Part shown: in pieces, positions 45,926-55,668 of the stretch
Layout of the letters: each line of letters opens with the position of its first letter
How positions within the stretch are numbered: the first letter of the stretch is position 1
From: Candidatus Fermentibacteraceae bacterium
Lineage (GTDB): Bacteria > Fermentibacterota > Fermentibacteria > Fermentibacterales > JCC-6
Length of the DNA: 64,000 bases
Assembly: GCA_027067855.1 (NCBI GenBank)
Contig: JAMOUX010000044.1
Span: forward strand, 3,965 to 67,964
Direction: 5' to 3'
Translations under genes and position numbers: made by a program
The notes under the pieces: model-generated
The model's database searches: none
What the model was told of the DNA's origin: nothing
What the model saw: the letters and a program-made list of their open reading frames with translations, nothing else

Positions 45926-47800
45926 ATGCTGACATGGTTCAGAGACAATGCAAAGATATTCCTGATAATCACGATTGTCATATTCGTATCCCTCATCTTC
46001 CTGAGATGGGGCATGGGGAAAAACGGCGCCCCGCCCAAGAATCCCTACCAGAGGCCGATCGCAATGGTCAATGGGAAGAAGATAATGCCCGACGATTACA
46101 ACCGGGCACTGCAGTTCCTGAACAACTCGTACCGGAACATGCTGGAAAATATGAACAATCCCGATCCCGAGGCGATGCTCATCCTGATGGCGGACACCCT
46201 GACCGAGGAAGCTTTCAGGAAGCTGATAAACGAAGAGCTGAAAGACGAATACCTGAAGAAACACGGCTGGGACTACCTGACACTCCGACAGGCCGAGGCG
46301 CTCCTCATGGTACAGATCGAAATGCAGAGCCAGGGAGAAGCGGACGCCGAAGAGTACCTGGAAACCATAAAGTCGGAAGAACCCATGGTTTTCAACCAGT
46401 ACCTATACCAGGCTCTCGAAAGCGTCAATTCCTCCATTTTCCCGGCGGCGGTCTCCATGGTGAACATGGTATCGCTGGACGAAGTCAGGTACCTGGAATC
46501 GGAAACCCGAACCGTGATATTGGCAAGGTACATACTGGTGGATTCCATGCCTCCGGTTCCCGGTGAAGAGTATCTCAGGCGGTATTACGCCGAAAAAACG
46601 GAGGTTTTCACAAGACCTTCGGGATCACTGCTGAGGTACGTAACCATGCAGGTGCGGCCCTCCGAAGAGGATTACCGTGCGGCCCTGGACCGAATAGATT
46701 CTCTAGCCTACGCTTCCCCCGGCACACCTTTCGTTTCCACTAGGTCTCAATTGGAAACGGTTTTCGGAGATTCTCTGAACCTGGAAAAAGGACGGAGAAC
46801 GGATCCCGTACTCGGTTTCTTCTCGGGCAACCCCTCCATCGACGCTTACCACGTATTCCTGTTGGATTCGACGAAAACCTTCCGGTCGGATTCCATAACG
46901 CTGGCCGATGCACTCCGGGACACTCTTTTCATAAAGGCCTGGGAAACGCCGGTACTACCGGGGTACAACACCATACGAAGGGCAATGTGGGACCTGGAAT
47001 CCTCCATGGAAACCCTGCTCGAATCTCCCGTTCCCAACATTCCGGATACCATGAACATCATAGATTTCGGAGAAGTGGAAGTGATCGGAAGAACTCCGTC
47101 GACATCCTGGATGCCGGATGAAATGCTGGTTTTCGCTTCCGACACCACCTGGAACGATCCCCTTGGGCCCGTATTCTACATCCCTTCGTACAACGGCGGA
47201 TATCCCGCATTCGCCGTGGTGCGAAGGATCGAGTTCTTCGGGGCCGACACCCTCGATTACGAAGAAGCCTCGGAATCCGGCATGCTCCTCGCCTCCGCGT
47301 ACAAAGAACTCAGGAGCGAAGCCTCCACGGCGAAGGCGGAAAAAATCATGCGGAGATTGGAAAACAGCGGGATGAGTCTCACCGAATTCGCAGAGGCCGA
47401 GTCGCTGCAGGCGAACGACACCGGGCAATTCACAGCGGCCGAAATATGGATGAATTCCATCTCGGACGGAGAAATCCCATACGATCTGCTGTCATCCGGC
47501 GACTTCGCCCTGGCAGTCCTCAGCGCTCCGGAATTTTCACCCATCGGGCCATTCCCGACACTCCGGGGAAGCGCCATAGCGGAAATCATTTCCAGGACTT
47601 TCCCGCCGGATGAACCCGAGAGACAGATTCCCTCCTATATTTCCACCCAGTACGGACACCAGTTGCTGGTCGAGTCCAAGCTACTCGAAATGCTCGGCGA
47701 GGCTGCGGAAATACAGGATCTGCGGGAAGAATGGTCCGAGTACCTGGAGAGCGTGGAAGATTCTCTCAGGACGGAGCAGGAAGAAGCCGGCAAGCAGTAG
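45926..47800 (+). CDS. SurA-N/PpiD-like membrane-anchored periplasmic chaperone
   Basis: MLTWFRDNAK, one TM, IAMVNGKKI; ~620 aa. Confidence 0.7.
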   Translation: MLTWFRDNAKIFLIITIVIFVSLIFLRWGMGKNGAPPKNPYQRPIAMVNGKKIMPDDYNRALQFLNNSYRNMLENMNNPDPEAMLILMADTLTEEAFRKLINEELKDEYLKKHGWDYLTLRQAEALLMVQIEMQSQGEADAEEYLETIKSEEPMVFNQYLYQALESVNSSIFPAAVSMVNMVSLDEVRYLESETRTVILARYILVDSMPPVPGEEYLRRYYAEKTEVFTRPSGSLLRYVTMQVRPSEEDYRAALDRIDSLAYASPGTPFVSTRSQLETVFGDSLNLEKGRRTDPVLGFFSGNPSIDAYHVFLLDSTKTFRSDSITLADALRDTLFIKAWETPVLPGYNTIRRAMWDLESSMETLLESPVPNIPDTMNIIDFGEVEVIGRTPSTSWMPDEMLVFASDTTWNDPLGPVFYIPSYNGGYPAFAVVRRIEFFGADTLDYEEASESGMLLASAYKELRSEASTAKAEKIMRRLENSGMSLTEFAEAESLQANDTGQFTAAEIWMNSISDGEIPYDLLSSGDFALAVLSAPEFSPIGPFPTLRGSAIAEIISRTFPPDEPERQIPSYISTQYGHQLLVESKLLEMLGEAAEIQDLREEWSEYLESVEDSLRTEQEEAGKQ

Positions 47801-47803
47801 CCC

Positions 47804-48763
47804 TCATCGCCTGCCGCCGAGCAACAGCATCATGAAAAAGGTGCCTCCGGCAACGGACATCACTATCCCCACCGGCAATTCCCCCGGGGACACCAGGACC
47901 CTGGACAAGGTATCCGCCAGGATCACCAGGAGCATGCCTCCCACCGCGGACGCCGGAACGAGTTTCCTGTAATCCGAGCCCACAAAGGTCCTCATGATAT
48001 GCGGAACCATCAATCCCACGAAACCCACGGGGCCCACGGTTCCCACGGTTGAACCGGCGAGAAGGGCGGCGGACGCGAGAAGAACGTTTTTCTCGCTTCG
48101 TACGGACACTCCCCTCGAATAGGCTATATCGTCACCTACCGACAGCTGGTTCATCACCCCGGTACGAGCGGCCACCACGATCAGACCCAGCACAACCGGG
48201 AGAGCCAGGAAGAGCGGCTTGCTCCACCCTACCACGGCCAGGTCCCCCATCATCCATCTCACTATCTCCATCATCCTGGAAGCTCCGCTGAAATATTCCA
48301 GAAGGAGCAGGAAGGAAGCCCCCACCAGGTTCATGGTGACCCCGGCGAGCACCAGGGAGGAACCCAGGTCGCCCCTACCGGATCCCACCGCCAGGGAATA
48401 CACCACCGCAACCGAAAGAAGTGCGCCCGCCGTGCCCAGCAGGACCATCCCCAGCGCGGGCACCATCAGGCCGGATACGATGACGGCTCCGGCCGTCACA
48501 CCGGCTCCGGCCGAGATGCCGAGAGTGTAAGGAGTCGCCAGATCGTTGCGCAGTATGGCTTGGAGCACGCAACCCGAAACCGCCAGGGCCGCCCCGGTCA
48601 ATAACCCCAGTACCAACCTCGGCAGCCTCATGTCCATGATCACCCACGAGGGAGGATCATGTACGGCACCGGTGACCAGTGAAAGAACGGATGCCGCAAC
48701 CAGGCAAAAAATGAAAACGACCCGGAAAAGTCCGCCCGGTTTCCCGGCTCCACGTTCATCCAT
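47804..48763 (-). CDS. Iron-chelate/cobalamin ABC transporter permease (FecCD/BtuC)
   Basis: RLPRL, RNDLATPYTLGISAGA, GFVGLMVPH, ELPVG. Confidence 0.92.
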   Translation of the reverse strand: MDERGAGKPGGLFRVVFIFCLVAASVLSLVTGAVHDPPSWVIMDMRLPRLVLGLLTGAALAVSGCVLQAILRNDLATPYTLGISAGAGVTAGAVIVSGLMVPALGMVLLGTAGALLSVAVVYSLAVGSGRGDLGSSLVLAGVTMNLVGASFLLLLEYFSGASRMMEIVRWMMGDLAVVGWSKPLFLALPVVLGLIVVAARTGVMNQLSVGDDIAYSRGVSVRSEKNVLLASAALLAGSTVGTVGPVGFVGLMVPHIMRTFVGSDYRKLVPASAVGGMLLVILADTLSRVLVSPGELPVGIVMSVAGGTFFMMLLLGGRR

Positions 48764-49544
48764 TTCCGTCTCCCGGAACCACGAGCCACGACCCGGTCTC
48801 TTCCTCGCGCCACACTTTCAACCGTACCCCGAAAACCTCGGAAAGCGTTTCCGGGGTGAAAACCCCGGTCGGCGGTCCCGACGCCAGGACCCGCCCGCCC
48901 GCAAGCGCCAGTACCAAATCCATGTACCTGCCCGCCACCGTTATCTCGTGGGTACTGACCAGGATGGCGATCCCCCTGCCGGAAAGCCTTTCCAGGAGTT
49001 TCCACATTTCCAGCAAATGTTTGAAATCCAGTGAAGAACCAGGTTCGTCCAGGAGCAGCAGTTCGGGTTCCTGTGCAATGGCCGCAGCCAGCATGACCAG
49101 GCGTTTCTCGCCCCCGGAAAGTTCAACGAACAGCCTGTTCCTCAGGTGCCATACGCCGATTTCCTTCATGCACTCCCCGGAAATTTTCAAATCCTCCCCG
49201 GAATCCGGCGCCCATCCCTTTCTGTAAGGATGCCTGCCCATCAGAACCATCTCGTGAACCGTCAGACGCAACCTGTGATCGAAGTTCTGAGGCAGGTAGG
49301 ACACCAATTTCGCCAGTTCGTTCCTGGTGAGATCCCGGAAATCCCTGCCGCATACCAGCACCTTTCCGGTAGTGCCGACTCCCAATCCAAGAATCGCCTT
49401 CAGAAAAGTGCTCTTCCCCACCCCGTTGGGGCCCACCAATCCGCATATCCTGCCGGGTTCGAGGGATATGTCTATTCCGGAGAGCACCACCCGGTCGCCG
49501 TAGGAGGCGCAGACTCCGGCCATGGTCAAAGCAGGCACGAACAT
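48756..49544 (-). CDS. Iron-chelate/cobalamin ABC transporter ATPase
   Basis: GPNGVGKST, LSGGE, LLLDEP. Confidence 0.92.
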   Translation of the reverse strand: MFVPALTMAGVCASYGDRVVLSGIDISLEPGRICGLVGPNGVGKSTFLKAILGLGVGTTGKVLVCGRDFRDLTRNELAKLVSYLPQNFDHRLRLTVHEMVLMGRHPYRKGWAPDSGEDLKISGECMKEIGVWHLRNRLFVELSGGEKRLVMLAAAIAQEPELLLLDEPGSSLDFKHLLEMWKLLERLSGRGIAILVSTHEITVAGRYMDLVLALAGGRVLASGPPTGVFTPETLSEVFGVRLKVWREEETGSWLVVPGDGNG

Positions 49545-50377
49545 ATCCTCTCGGCAATCATGTCCATCCTGCCTCCGGGAATCATGATGAAGGGTTCGAA
49601 GAGACAGTGAACCCTTTCTTTTCCGAATCCGAGCGACTCCCAGAATTCCACCTCGGTTTCTCTCACGAAAGAAGAATCGCGGGCATCGGGAAAAAGCAGC
49701 ACCACGTGATCCGGGTCCAGGTCCAAGACACCCTCCGCCGAAATCTCCGGCCAGGTTCCGGTTCCGGGAGCGGAAAGATTGCAGCCGACGGCGTTCAGAA
49801 GACCGTCATAGAAGGTTCCTTTCCCGGCCACGGTCATGCTTGAAGAACCCGGCTCGTGGTAAACCGCCACCATCACCGAAACCGGCCGCAGGCGTTCGAA
49901 CCGTGATCTCAAAGAATCCAGCGTATGGTTCAGGCGTTCCAGATAGGCCTCCGCGCCGGCTCCGTATCTCGACGCCAGGGAATCCAGCGCCTCGTAGAAA
50001 CCGTCCAACGAATCGAAATCGTAACGGTAACACGGGATGCCCAGCTGCGAGGCCAGTTCCGCGAGCGTAGCATTCTCCCCCGAAACATGTATGGACGTCG
50101 GAGAGAGTTCGACGATCGCCTCCAGGGACGGGTCCACGTAGCCGCCTACCCTGGGCAGGGATTCCACCTTCGGCGGCCATTGGGAGTACCTGTCCACTCC
50201 CACCACCCTGTCTCCGAGCCCGCAGGTAAACATCAATTCGACCAGCGACGGTCCCAGGACCACGAACCTGTCGTCCATATCCCGCCCGCTCCCGCCTTCA
50301 GCCCCGCAACCCATCATGAGGAGCAGCGCCGCCGACGCGAGGCCGAGTAATCTCGAAATCCGGGTTCCGGTAATCAT
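49526..50377 (-). CDS. Helical-backbone substrate-binding lipoprotein (BtuF-like)
   Basis: Lipobox-like MMGC; VVGVDRYSQWP...LPRVGGYVDPSLEAI. Confidence 0.85.
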   Translation of the reverse strand: MITGTRISRLLGLASAALLLMMGCGAEGGSGRDMDDRFVVLGPSLVELMFTCGLGDRVVGVDRYSQWPPKVESLPRVGGYVDPSLEAIVELSPTSIHVSGENATLAELASQLGIPCYRYDFDSLDGFYEALDSLASRYGAGAEAYLERLNHTLDSLRSRFERLRPVSVMVAVYHEPGSSSMTVAGKGTFYDGLLNAVGCNLSAPGTGTWPEISAEGVLDLDPDHVVLLFPDARDSSFVRETEVEFWESLGFGKERVHCLFEPFIMIPGGRMDMIAERICSCLL

Positions 50378-52107
50378 TCCCGTAACTCCTTCAGCCTTGC
50401 TTCCAGTTCCGCTATTCTTTTTCTATCCACCGAATTCTCCCCGGTATCTCCGGCCAGCGATTCTCTCAGTCGCCTTCTCTCTTCCAGCAGCCTCGCCCTT
50501 TTAACGGCTCTCATTATTCTCCGGGAATCGTCGGGGTTCGTCACTGCCGGACGTCCGGCCATCAGGCCGGCGTAGAGGTTCCTTTCCGACTCGGGCAGAA
50601 CCGATACCTGGAATTCCTTCAGACCCTCGGCGGCCTGTTCCTTCATGGCCGCAAGTATCTTCCTGGCGGAAAAGCTCTTCAGATCTTCCTCCCTCAAAAA
50701 ACCGACGAGAGGATCCTCAAGTCCTTCCGGTGAACCGGCAAGACATCCCAGTATGCTGGCGTCCCAGCCCGGCATCTCCTTCGATTCCAAGTTATTACGC
50801 CGCCTGCGCCGCCCGGGTCTGTTTCCGGCCTCGATTTCCTCGATCTCCGTCGCCACCGTCCGTTCCGAGTATCCCGTACTTGACGATATTATCTTTACCA
50901 GGGTTTCCCTCACAACGGGGTCTACCGCCTTCGAAGCCATCTCCGCCAACCTCCGAACCACTTTAACCCTCCTCTGGGGATCGCGCACGGAGTCCCAACC
51001 TCCCACCAGATCCAGTGCGAAAGTAACGGGATCGACGGCGTTCTCCGCGAGTTCGAATACCGCATCTCCCGGTTTGTCTCTAAGAAAATCGTCAGGATCC
51101 GATCCCCCGGGAACGGCCATTATCTTCGGTAGGCATCCCTGTTCCAGGAATATCTCGGCGGCGCGGACCGATGCCTTCCTGCCGGCATCGTCTCCATCGT
51201 AACAGATGTAGATGGAAGGCGTCAGGCCCATTATCCGCCTCGCCTGGTTGGAAGTCAGCGCCGTTCCGCATGTTGCGGTTACGCAATCGAAACCCAGTTC
51301 CACGAAACGCGCGTGATCGAAATAACCTTCAACCAGTATCACCATGTCCAGTTCCCTGGCGGCCCTGACGGCCTTCCCGAACCCGTAGAGATGGTTGCCC
51401 TTTACGTATACCGGAGAATCGGGGCCGTTCAGGTACTTGGGCACGTTTCCATCGGAATCACCAAGAAACCTTCCTCCGAAACTGACCACCCTGCCGCGCC
51501 TGTCGGAAATGGGAAAGATTATTCTTCTGCGGAAACGATCGTACATACCTCCACCCTTGCGGGAACGAAGGGCCACCCCGGCTTCTTCCAGCCGGCTGTC
51601 CGAAAATCCCTTCTTCCTGAGAAACCTGTAAAGCGGGTTTCCGTCGGGGGCCCAACCGATGCCCAGCGTTTCGATCGTCTCCGGGGAAAGAAAACGTGAT
51701 TCCAGGTAATCCATGGCCCCGCGACCCTCGGTCGAGTGCAACCTGCTCTCGAAAAAACCCCGGGATACTTCGAGAATCTCTTTCAGGGCATCATTCCTGG
51801 ATGAGTTATTCCTGCCCGTTTTTTCCAGCGCTATGCCCGATTCGGAGGCCAATTCTTCCAGGGCTTCCGTGAACGAATAATTAAGGTACTTCATGAGGAA
51901 GGAAAAAACGTCCCCTCCTACTCCGCATCCGAAACAATGAAACGCCTGGCGGTCGGGGGACACGATGAAGGACGGTGTCTTCTCCCTGTGGAAGGGACAT
52001 AACCCCTTAAGGTTCTTGCCGGAACGTTTGAGCTTCACGTACCTGCCCACCACCGTTGCAATGTCCGTGGCTCCCCTCACTCTTTCTATCGAACCGTTGG
52101 AATACAT
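50374..52107 (-). CDS. dnaG: DNA primase
   Basis: CPFHREKTPSF...HCFGC, DRFRRRIIFPI, KYLNGP, VEGYFD, YDGDDAG, DPDD. Confidence 0.96.
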   Translation of the reverse strand: MYSNGSIERVRGATDIATVVGRYVKLKRSGKNLKGLCPFHREKTPSFIVSPDRQAFHCFGCGVGGDVFSFLMKYLNYSFTEALEELASESGIALEKTGRNNSSRNDALKEILEVSRGFFESRLHSTEGRGAMDYLESRFLSPETIETLGIGWAPDGNPLYRFLRKKGFSDSRLEEAGVALRSRKGGGMYDRFRRRIIFPISDRRGRVVSFGGRFLGDSDGNVPKYLNGPDSPVYVKGNHLYGFGKAVRAARELDMVILVEGYFDHARFVELGFDCVTATCGTALTSNQARRIMGLTPSIYICYDGDDAGRKASVRAAEIFLEQGCLPKIMAVPGGSDPDDFLRDKPGDAVFELAENAVDPVTFALDLVGGWDSVRDPQRRVKVVRRLAEMASKAVDPVVRETLVKIISSSTGYSERTVATEIEEIEAGNRPGRRRRRNNLESKEMPGWDASILGCLAGSPEGLEDPLVGFLREEDLKSFSARKILAAMKEQAAEGLKEFQVSVLPESERNLYAGLMAGRPAVTNPDDSRRIMRAVKRARLLEERRRLRESLAGDTGENSVDRKRIAELEARLKELRE

Positions 52108-54440
52108 CACCCGTCCTCTTCCCCCGGCTGCTCCAGGTAGATGATCGTTACGCCGGTTCCCCCTTCGAAAGGCCTGCCGGACCTGAAAGACTTCACCCTC
52201 GGATCCTTCCTGGCCATGTCCACCACCGCCCTCATCAATATTCCCTTCCCTTTTCCGTGAATAACTCTCACGTAGGGCAAACCGACGGCGATTCCATTGT
52301 CCAGAGCGGCATCCAGCAAAGCCAGGGCCTCCTCCGCGAAGGTACCCCTCAAGTCTATTTCCGGGGAAACATCCGCGGAACCGTTCCATTCCGCCGATGA
52401 GGACTTCGTCTCGGGAACCTCCGACCGTGAGACCTCACTCTTCTTTTTTCGCAACCTTAGGTTGCCCATCAAAACCACGACGTGTTCTTCACCGACTTCT
52501 TCAACCCTGCCCCTGCCGCCCCAACCTTTCACCTCCACCCAGTCACCGGGCTCCAGGCGGATTCCATCCGCTTCCTCATCGCTTCCCGATCCATGGCTCA
52601 AGCGGACGGGGACATCGATCTTCCTTATCTCTTCCCTCAGTTTCCGTCTCTCGTCCCTGTCCGCGGCAAGCGCCAGTTTTCCCAGCAGGGAATCGGCCCG
52701 TGAATTTATTCCTTCCACGAGGCTGCGGAGTCTATGGTCCATTTCCTTCCGCCTGTGCTCCAGCTTCTCTCTTTCCTCCCGGAGTTCCTCCATCTCGGCG
52801 GTGAGCATCTTCTCGTCATCCTTTACACGCCGCCTGTACTCGGCCAGTGTATTTTTCAGCCGGCTCCTGAGGGCAGTCACCTCTTCCAATATCCCCTCCA
52901 AGCGGAAATAATCGCCTGCAAGTTCCTCCGCCCTCGTGAGCACGCTCCCGGGAAATCCTATCCTTTTCGCGATTTCCAAGGTGAACGACGAACCCGGAAC
53001 ACCGGGAACGTACCTGAAATCCGGCTTCAGGGTTTCCTTTTCGAAGCCCATACTACCGTCGTAGAATCCCGGTCTTCCCCCGCCGAGGTTCTTAAGACCG
53101 CCCTGATGGGTGGTTACCATGACCCTGCAGCCGGAATCCGCAAGGTTCTCCAGGACGGCTACAGCCAGCGCGGTACCGGCCATGGGATCCGTTCCGGCCG
53201 AAGGTTCATCGATCAGGGCGATGGATTCTCCGTCGGCTTCCTCCAGCATCCTCAACTGTTCCATCAATCTTGCCGAATACGTACTCCTGTGCTCGTCTAT
53301 CGACTGCTGGTCACCCATCGAGACGAACATCCTGGTAAAATGGGGAAGCGTGGAACCCGCGGAGGCCAGGCAACCCAGTCCCGCCTGACTGCATGCCACG
53401 GCCAGGCCGACCGACTTCAACAAAACGCTCTTCCCGCCGGCATTCGGCCCGCTGACGACCAGGATATTCCAGTCTTCGGGCAGGGTGATCGTATTGGTCT
53501 TCATTTCCGGCGGAGAAATCAGCGGATGTCCGAGTTCCTCCAGGAAAAGAGCCCCTTCCCCGGGGAAAACCGTTTTCCTCTGCAGGTGAAAGGCAGCTCT
53601 GGCGAAAACGGCGTCCAGTTCCGCCAGTGCCCGGGCGGTCATTTCCAGGGCGGGCAATGCACTCCTCAGTCTGCCGGTCTCCTCGCGGAGTATTCTCCTT
53701 TTCTCGGATTCCAGGGCCAGGCTCGCTTCGACCAGAGCATTACCGTCTTCAACCAATTCCGAGGGTTCTATGAAAACAGTTTCTCCACTTTCCGACCTGT
53801 CGTGGACGATACCACCCACTCTCCTCTTCAGGGAGGCCTTCACCGGAAGTACGTACCGTCCATTCCTTATCGTGGGCGGGATGTCGCGAAGCAGTCCGCC
53901 GCGGTCCAGGCGTGATCGAATGCTCTCGACTTTCCTTGCCAACCTGTCTTCCAGACGAGCCACCTTCCGGTACAGTTCCGACATCTTTTTGGATGCCGAC
54001 GGACTCACCTCGCCATCGGGTGAAATCAGCGTCAGAAGCCTTTTCCCAAATCCGGGAATACCGGTCATGACCCGGATGTACTTTTCCAACCCTTCCGGTA
54101 TGCCCGGTCCGTCGCCGCTCTTCATGGATCCGAGAAATTCCTCCACGGCGACCATCGTCTCCCCGGCGCTTCTGAGTTGCACCGGATCCAGGGCTATTAC
54201 ACCTTCCTGAAGAGACATGCATACATCGAACAGGGAGTCCGCCCGATCCACAGGCGGCCTAAAACCTCTTCCCGAAAGATCCGCGGCCGCAAGTGTCTCC
54301 CGTTTCAGGGCCAAGGCGCACTCCCGGCTCCAGCCGGGTTCCAGTGCCGATACCAGAGATCCGCCGGACTCACTGGAAGCGTATGCCGTCACCTCCTCCA
54401 GTACCCTTGCAAATTCCAACCTGGCCAGGGAATCGTCCAT
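52107..54440 (-). CDS. mutS2: MutS2 with C-terminal Smr domain
   Basis: SGPNAGGKS, GDQQSI, IDEPSAGTDP, IHGKGKG. Confidence 0.93.
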   Translation of the reverse strand: MDDSLARLEFARVLEEVTAYASSESGGSLVSALEPGWSRECALALKRETLAAADLSGRGFRPPVDRADSLFDVCMSLQEGVIALDPVQLRSAGETMVAVEEFLGSMKSGDGPGIPEGLEKYIRVMTGIPGFGKRLLTLISPDGEVSPSASKKMSELYRKVARLEDRLARKVESIRSRLDRGGLLRDIPPTIRNGRYVLPVKASLKRRVGGIVHDRSESGETVFIEPSELVEDGNALVEASLALESEKRRILREETGRLRSALPALEMTARALAELDAVFARAAFHLQRKTVFPGEGALFLEELGHPLISPPEMKTNTITLPEDWNILVVSGPNAGGKSVLLKSVGLAVACSQAGLGCLASAGSTLPHFTRMFVSMGDQQSIDEHRSTYSARLMEQLRMLEEADGESIALIDEPSAGTDPMAGTALAVAVLENLADSGCRVMVTTHQGGLKNLGGGRPGFYDGSMGFEKETLKPDFRYVPGVPGSSFTLEIAKRIGFPGSVLTRAEELAGDYFRLEGILEEVTALRSRLKNTLAEYRRRVKDDEKMLTAEMEELREEREKLEHRRKEMDHRLRSLVEGINSRADSLLGKLALAADRDERRKLREEIRKIDVPVRLSHGSGSDEEADGIRLEPGDWVEVKGWGGRGRVEEVGEEHVVVLMGNLRLRKKKSEVSRSEVPETKSSSAEWNGSADVSPEIDLRGTFAEEALALLDAALDNGIAVGLPYVRVIHGKGKGILMRAVVDMARKDPRVKSFRSGRPFEGGTGVTIIYLEQPGEEDG

Positions 54441-54451
54441 CAGACGCCCGG

Positions 54452-55522
54452 CTACTTCCCGGGAGGAGTGAAATGTCCGGATTTATCAAGTTCTCCCAGA
54501 AGATTTTTTTCTTTCCTGGAAAGTTTCCTCGGAATGTAAACGTCGGCGATCAGCACGAGATCTCCCCGTCCGAAACCCTTGAGTTTGGCGATGCCTTTCC
54601 TTTTGAGCACCAGTTTCTCGCCGGGTTGAACGCCAGGGGGAAGTTCCACCTCGATCTCGCCGTCTTCAACGGGGGGAATTTTTATCTTCGTCCCCAGAGC
54701 AGCCTGGGGAAAAGAGAGAGGAACCCTGTAAAGCAAATCGAAACCATCCCTCCGGAACCTGCCGTAGTCGATTTTTTCTATTTTCAGGACGAGGTCGCCG
54801 GGACGGCCTCCACCGGGAGGGTGATGCCCCTGTCCCCTCAGCCTGATGAAATGTCCTTCGGAAACCCCCGCCGGGATATCCAGGAAGATCCTGCGCTTCC
54901 TGATCTCCAATCCTTCTCCGGAACATCGCGGACAGGGTTTTACCGGTACCCGCCCGGTTCCCTTGCAGACGGAACAGGTCCCCACCGATCGCATCGTTCC
55001 GAAAAAAGTCCTGTGCAGTGTGATCACCTTCCCGTGCCCGTCGCACCTGGAACAAGTTTTCATTCCCGATTCGGGGTCGGCTCCCGTTCCAGCGCAATCA
55101 TCACAGGGTTCCAGTCTGCTCACCTCGAGTTCCCTGGTTCCCCCGGTCACCACCTCCCTGAGTTCCAGAGAAACCGTCATGACCACGTCTTTCCCCACAG
55201 CCGCCGCCGAGCCCGCGGAATGTCCGAATCCGAAGAATTCCTGGAAGGCCCTCAAAGCTTCGTCGATACCGAAACCGGAATAAGCGTCCGAGCCCCCCCC
55301 GGCACCGCCAACCGACCCGGTCAGGTCGTACATGCGCCTCTTCTCGGGATCGCACAGTACCTCGTACGCCCTTGTTATCTCCTTGAACTTTTCCTCGGCT
55401 TCCCTGTCTCCGGGATTCCTATCCGGGTGGTATTTAAGGGCCAGTTTCCTGTAAGCGGCCTTTATCGCGGATGGATCGTCGTTCCTGCCGATGCCGAGAA
55501 TTTCGTATAAGTCACGTTTCAT
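54452..55522 (-). CDS. dnaJ: Chaperone DnaJ
   Basis: J-domain HPD; four CxxCxGxG repeats. Confidence 0.95.
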   Translation of the reverse strand: MKRDLYEILGIGRNDDPSAIKAAYRKLALKYHPDRNPGDREAEEKFKEITRAYEVLCDPEKRRMYDLTGSVGGAGGGSDAYSGFGIDEALRAFQEFFGFGHSAGSAAAVGKDVVMTVSLELREVVTGGTRELEVSRLEPCDDCAGTGADPESGMKTCSRCDGHGKVITLHRTFFGTMRSVGTCSVCKGTGRVPVKPCPRCSGEGLEIRKRRIFLDIPAGVSEGHFIRLRGQGHHPPGGGRPGDLVLKIEKIDYGRFRRDGFDLLYRVPLSFPQAALGTKIKIPPVEDGEIEVELPPGVQPGEKLVLKRKGIAKLKGFGRGDLVLIADVYIPRKLSRKEKNLLGELDKSGHFTPPGK

Positions 55523-55668
55523 TGTCTCCATACCGAACCGGCTCCTAAGTTTATGAACATACTCCGAGGTCGGAATATACCCAAAGAACCCGGCCCGCGG
55601 CACGGCTCAACCGGTCACGAAACGCCGGCGGACGGTTGGGGATGATGTATTGAAAAAACGGAACGGGG

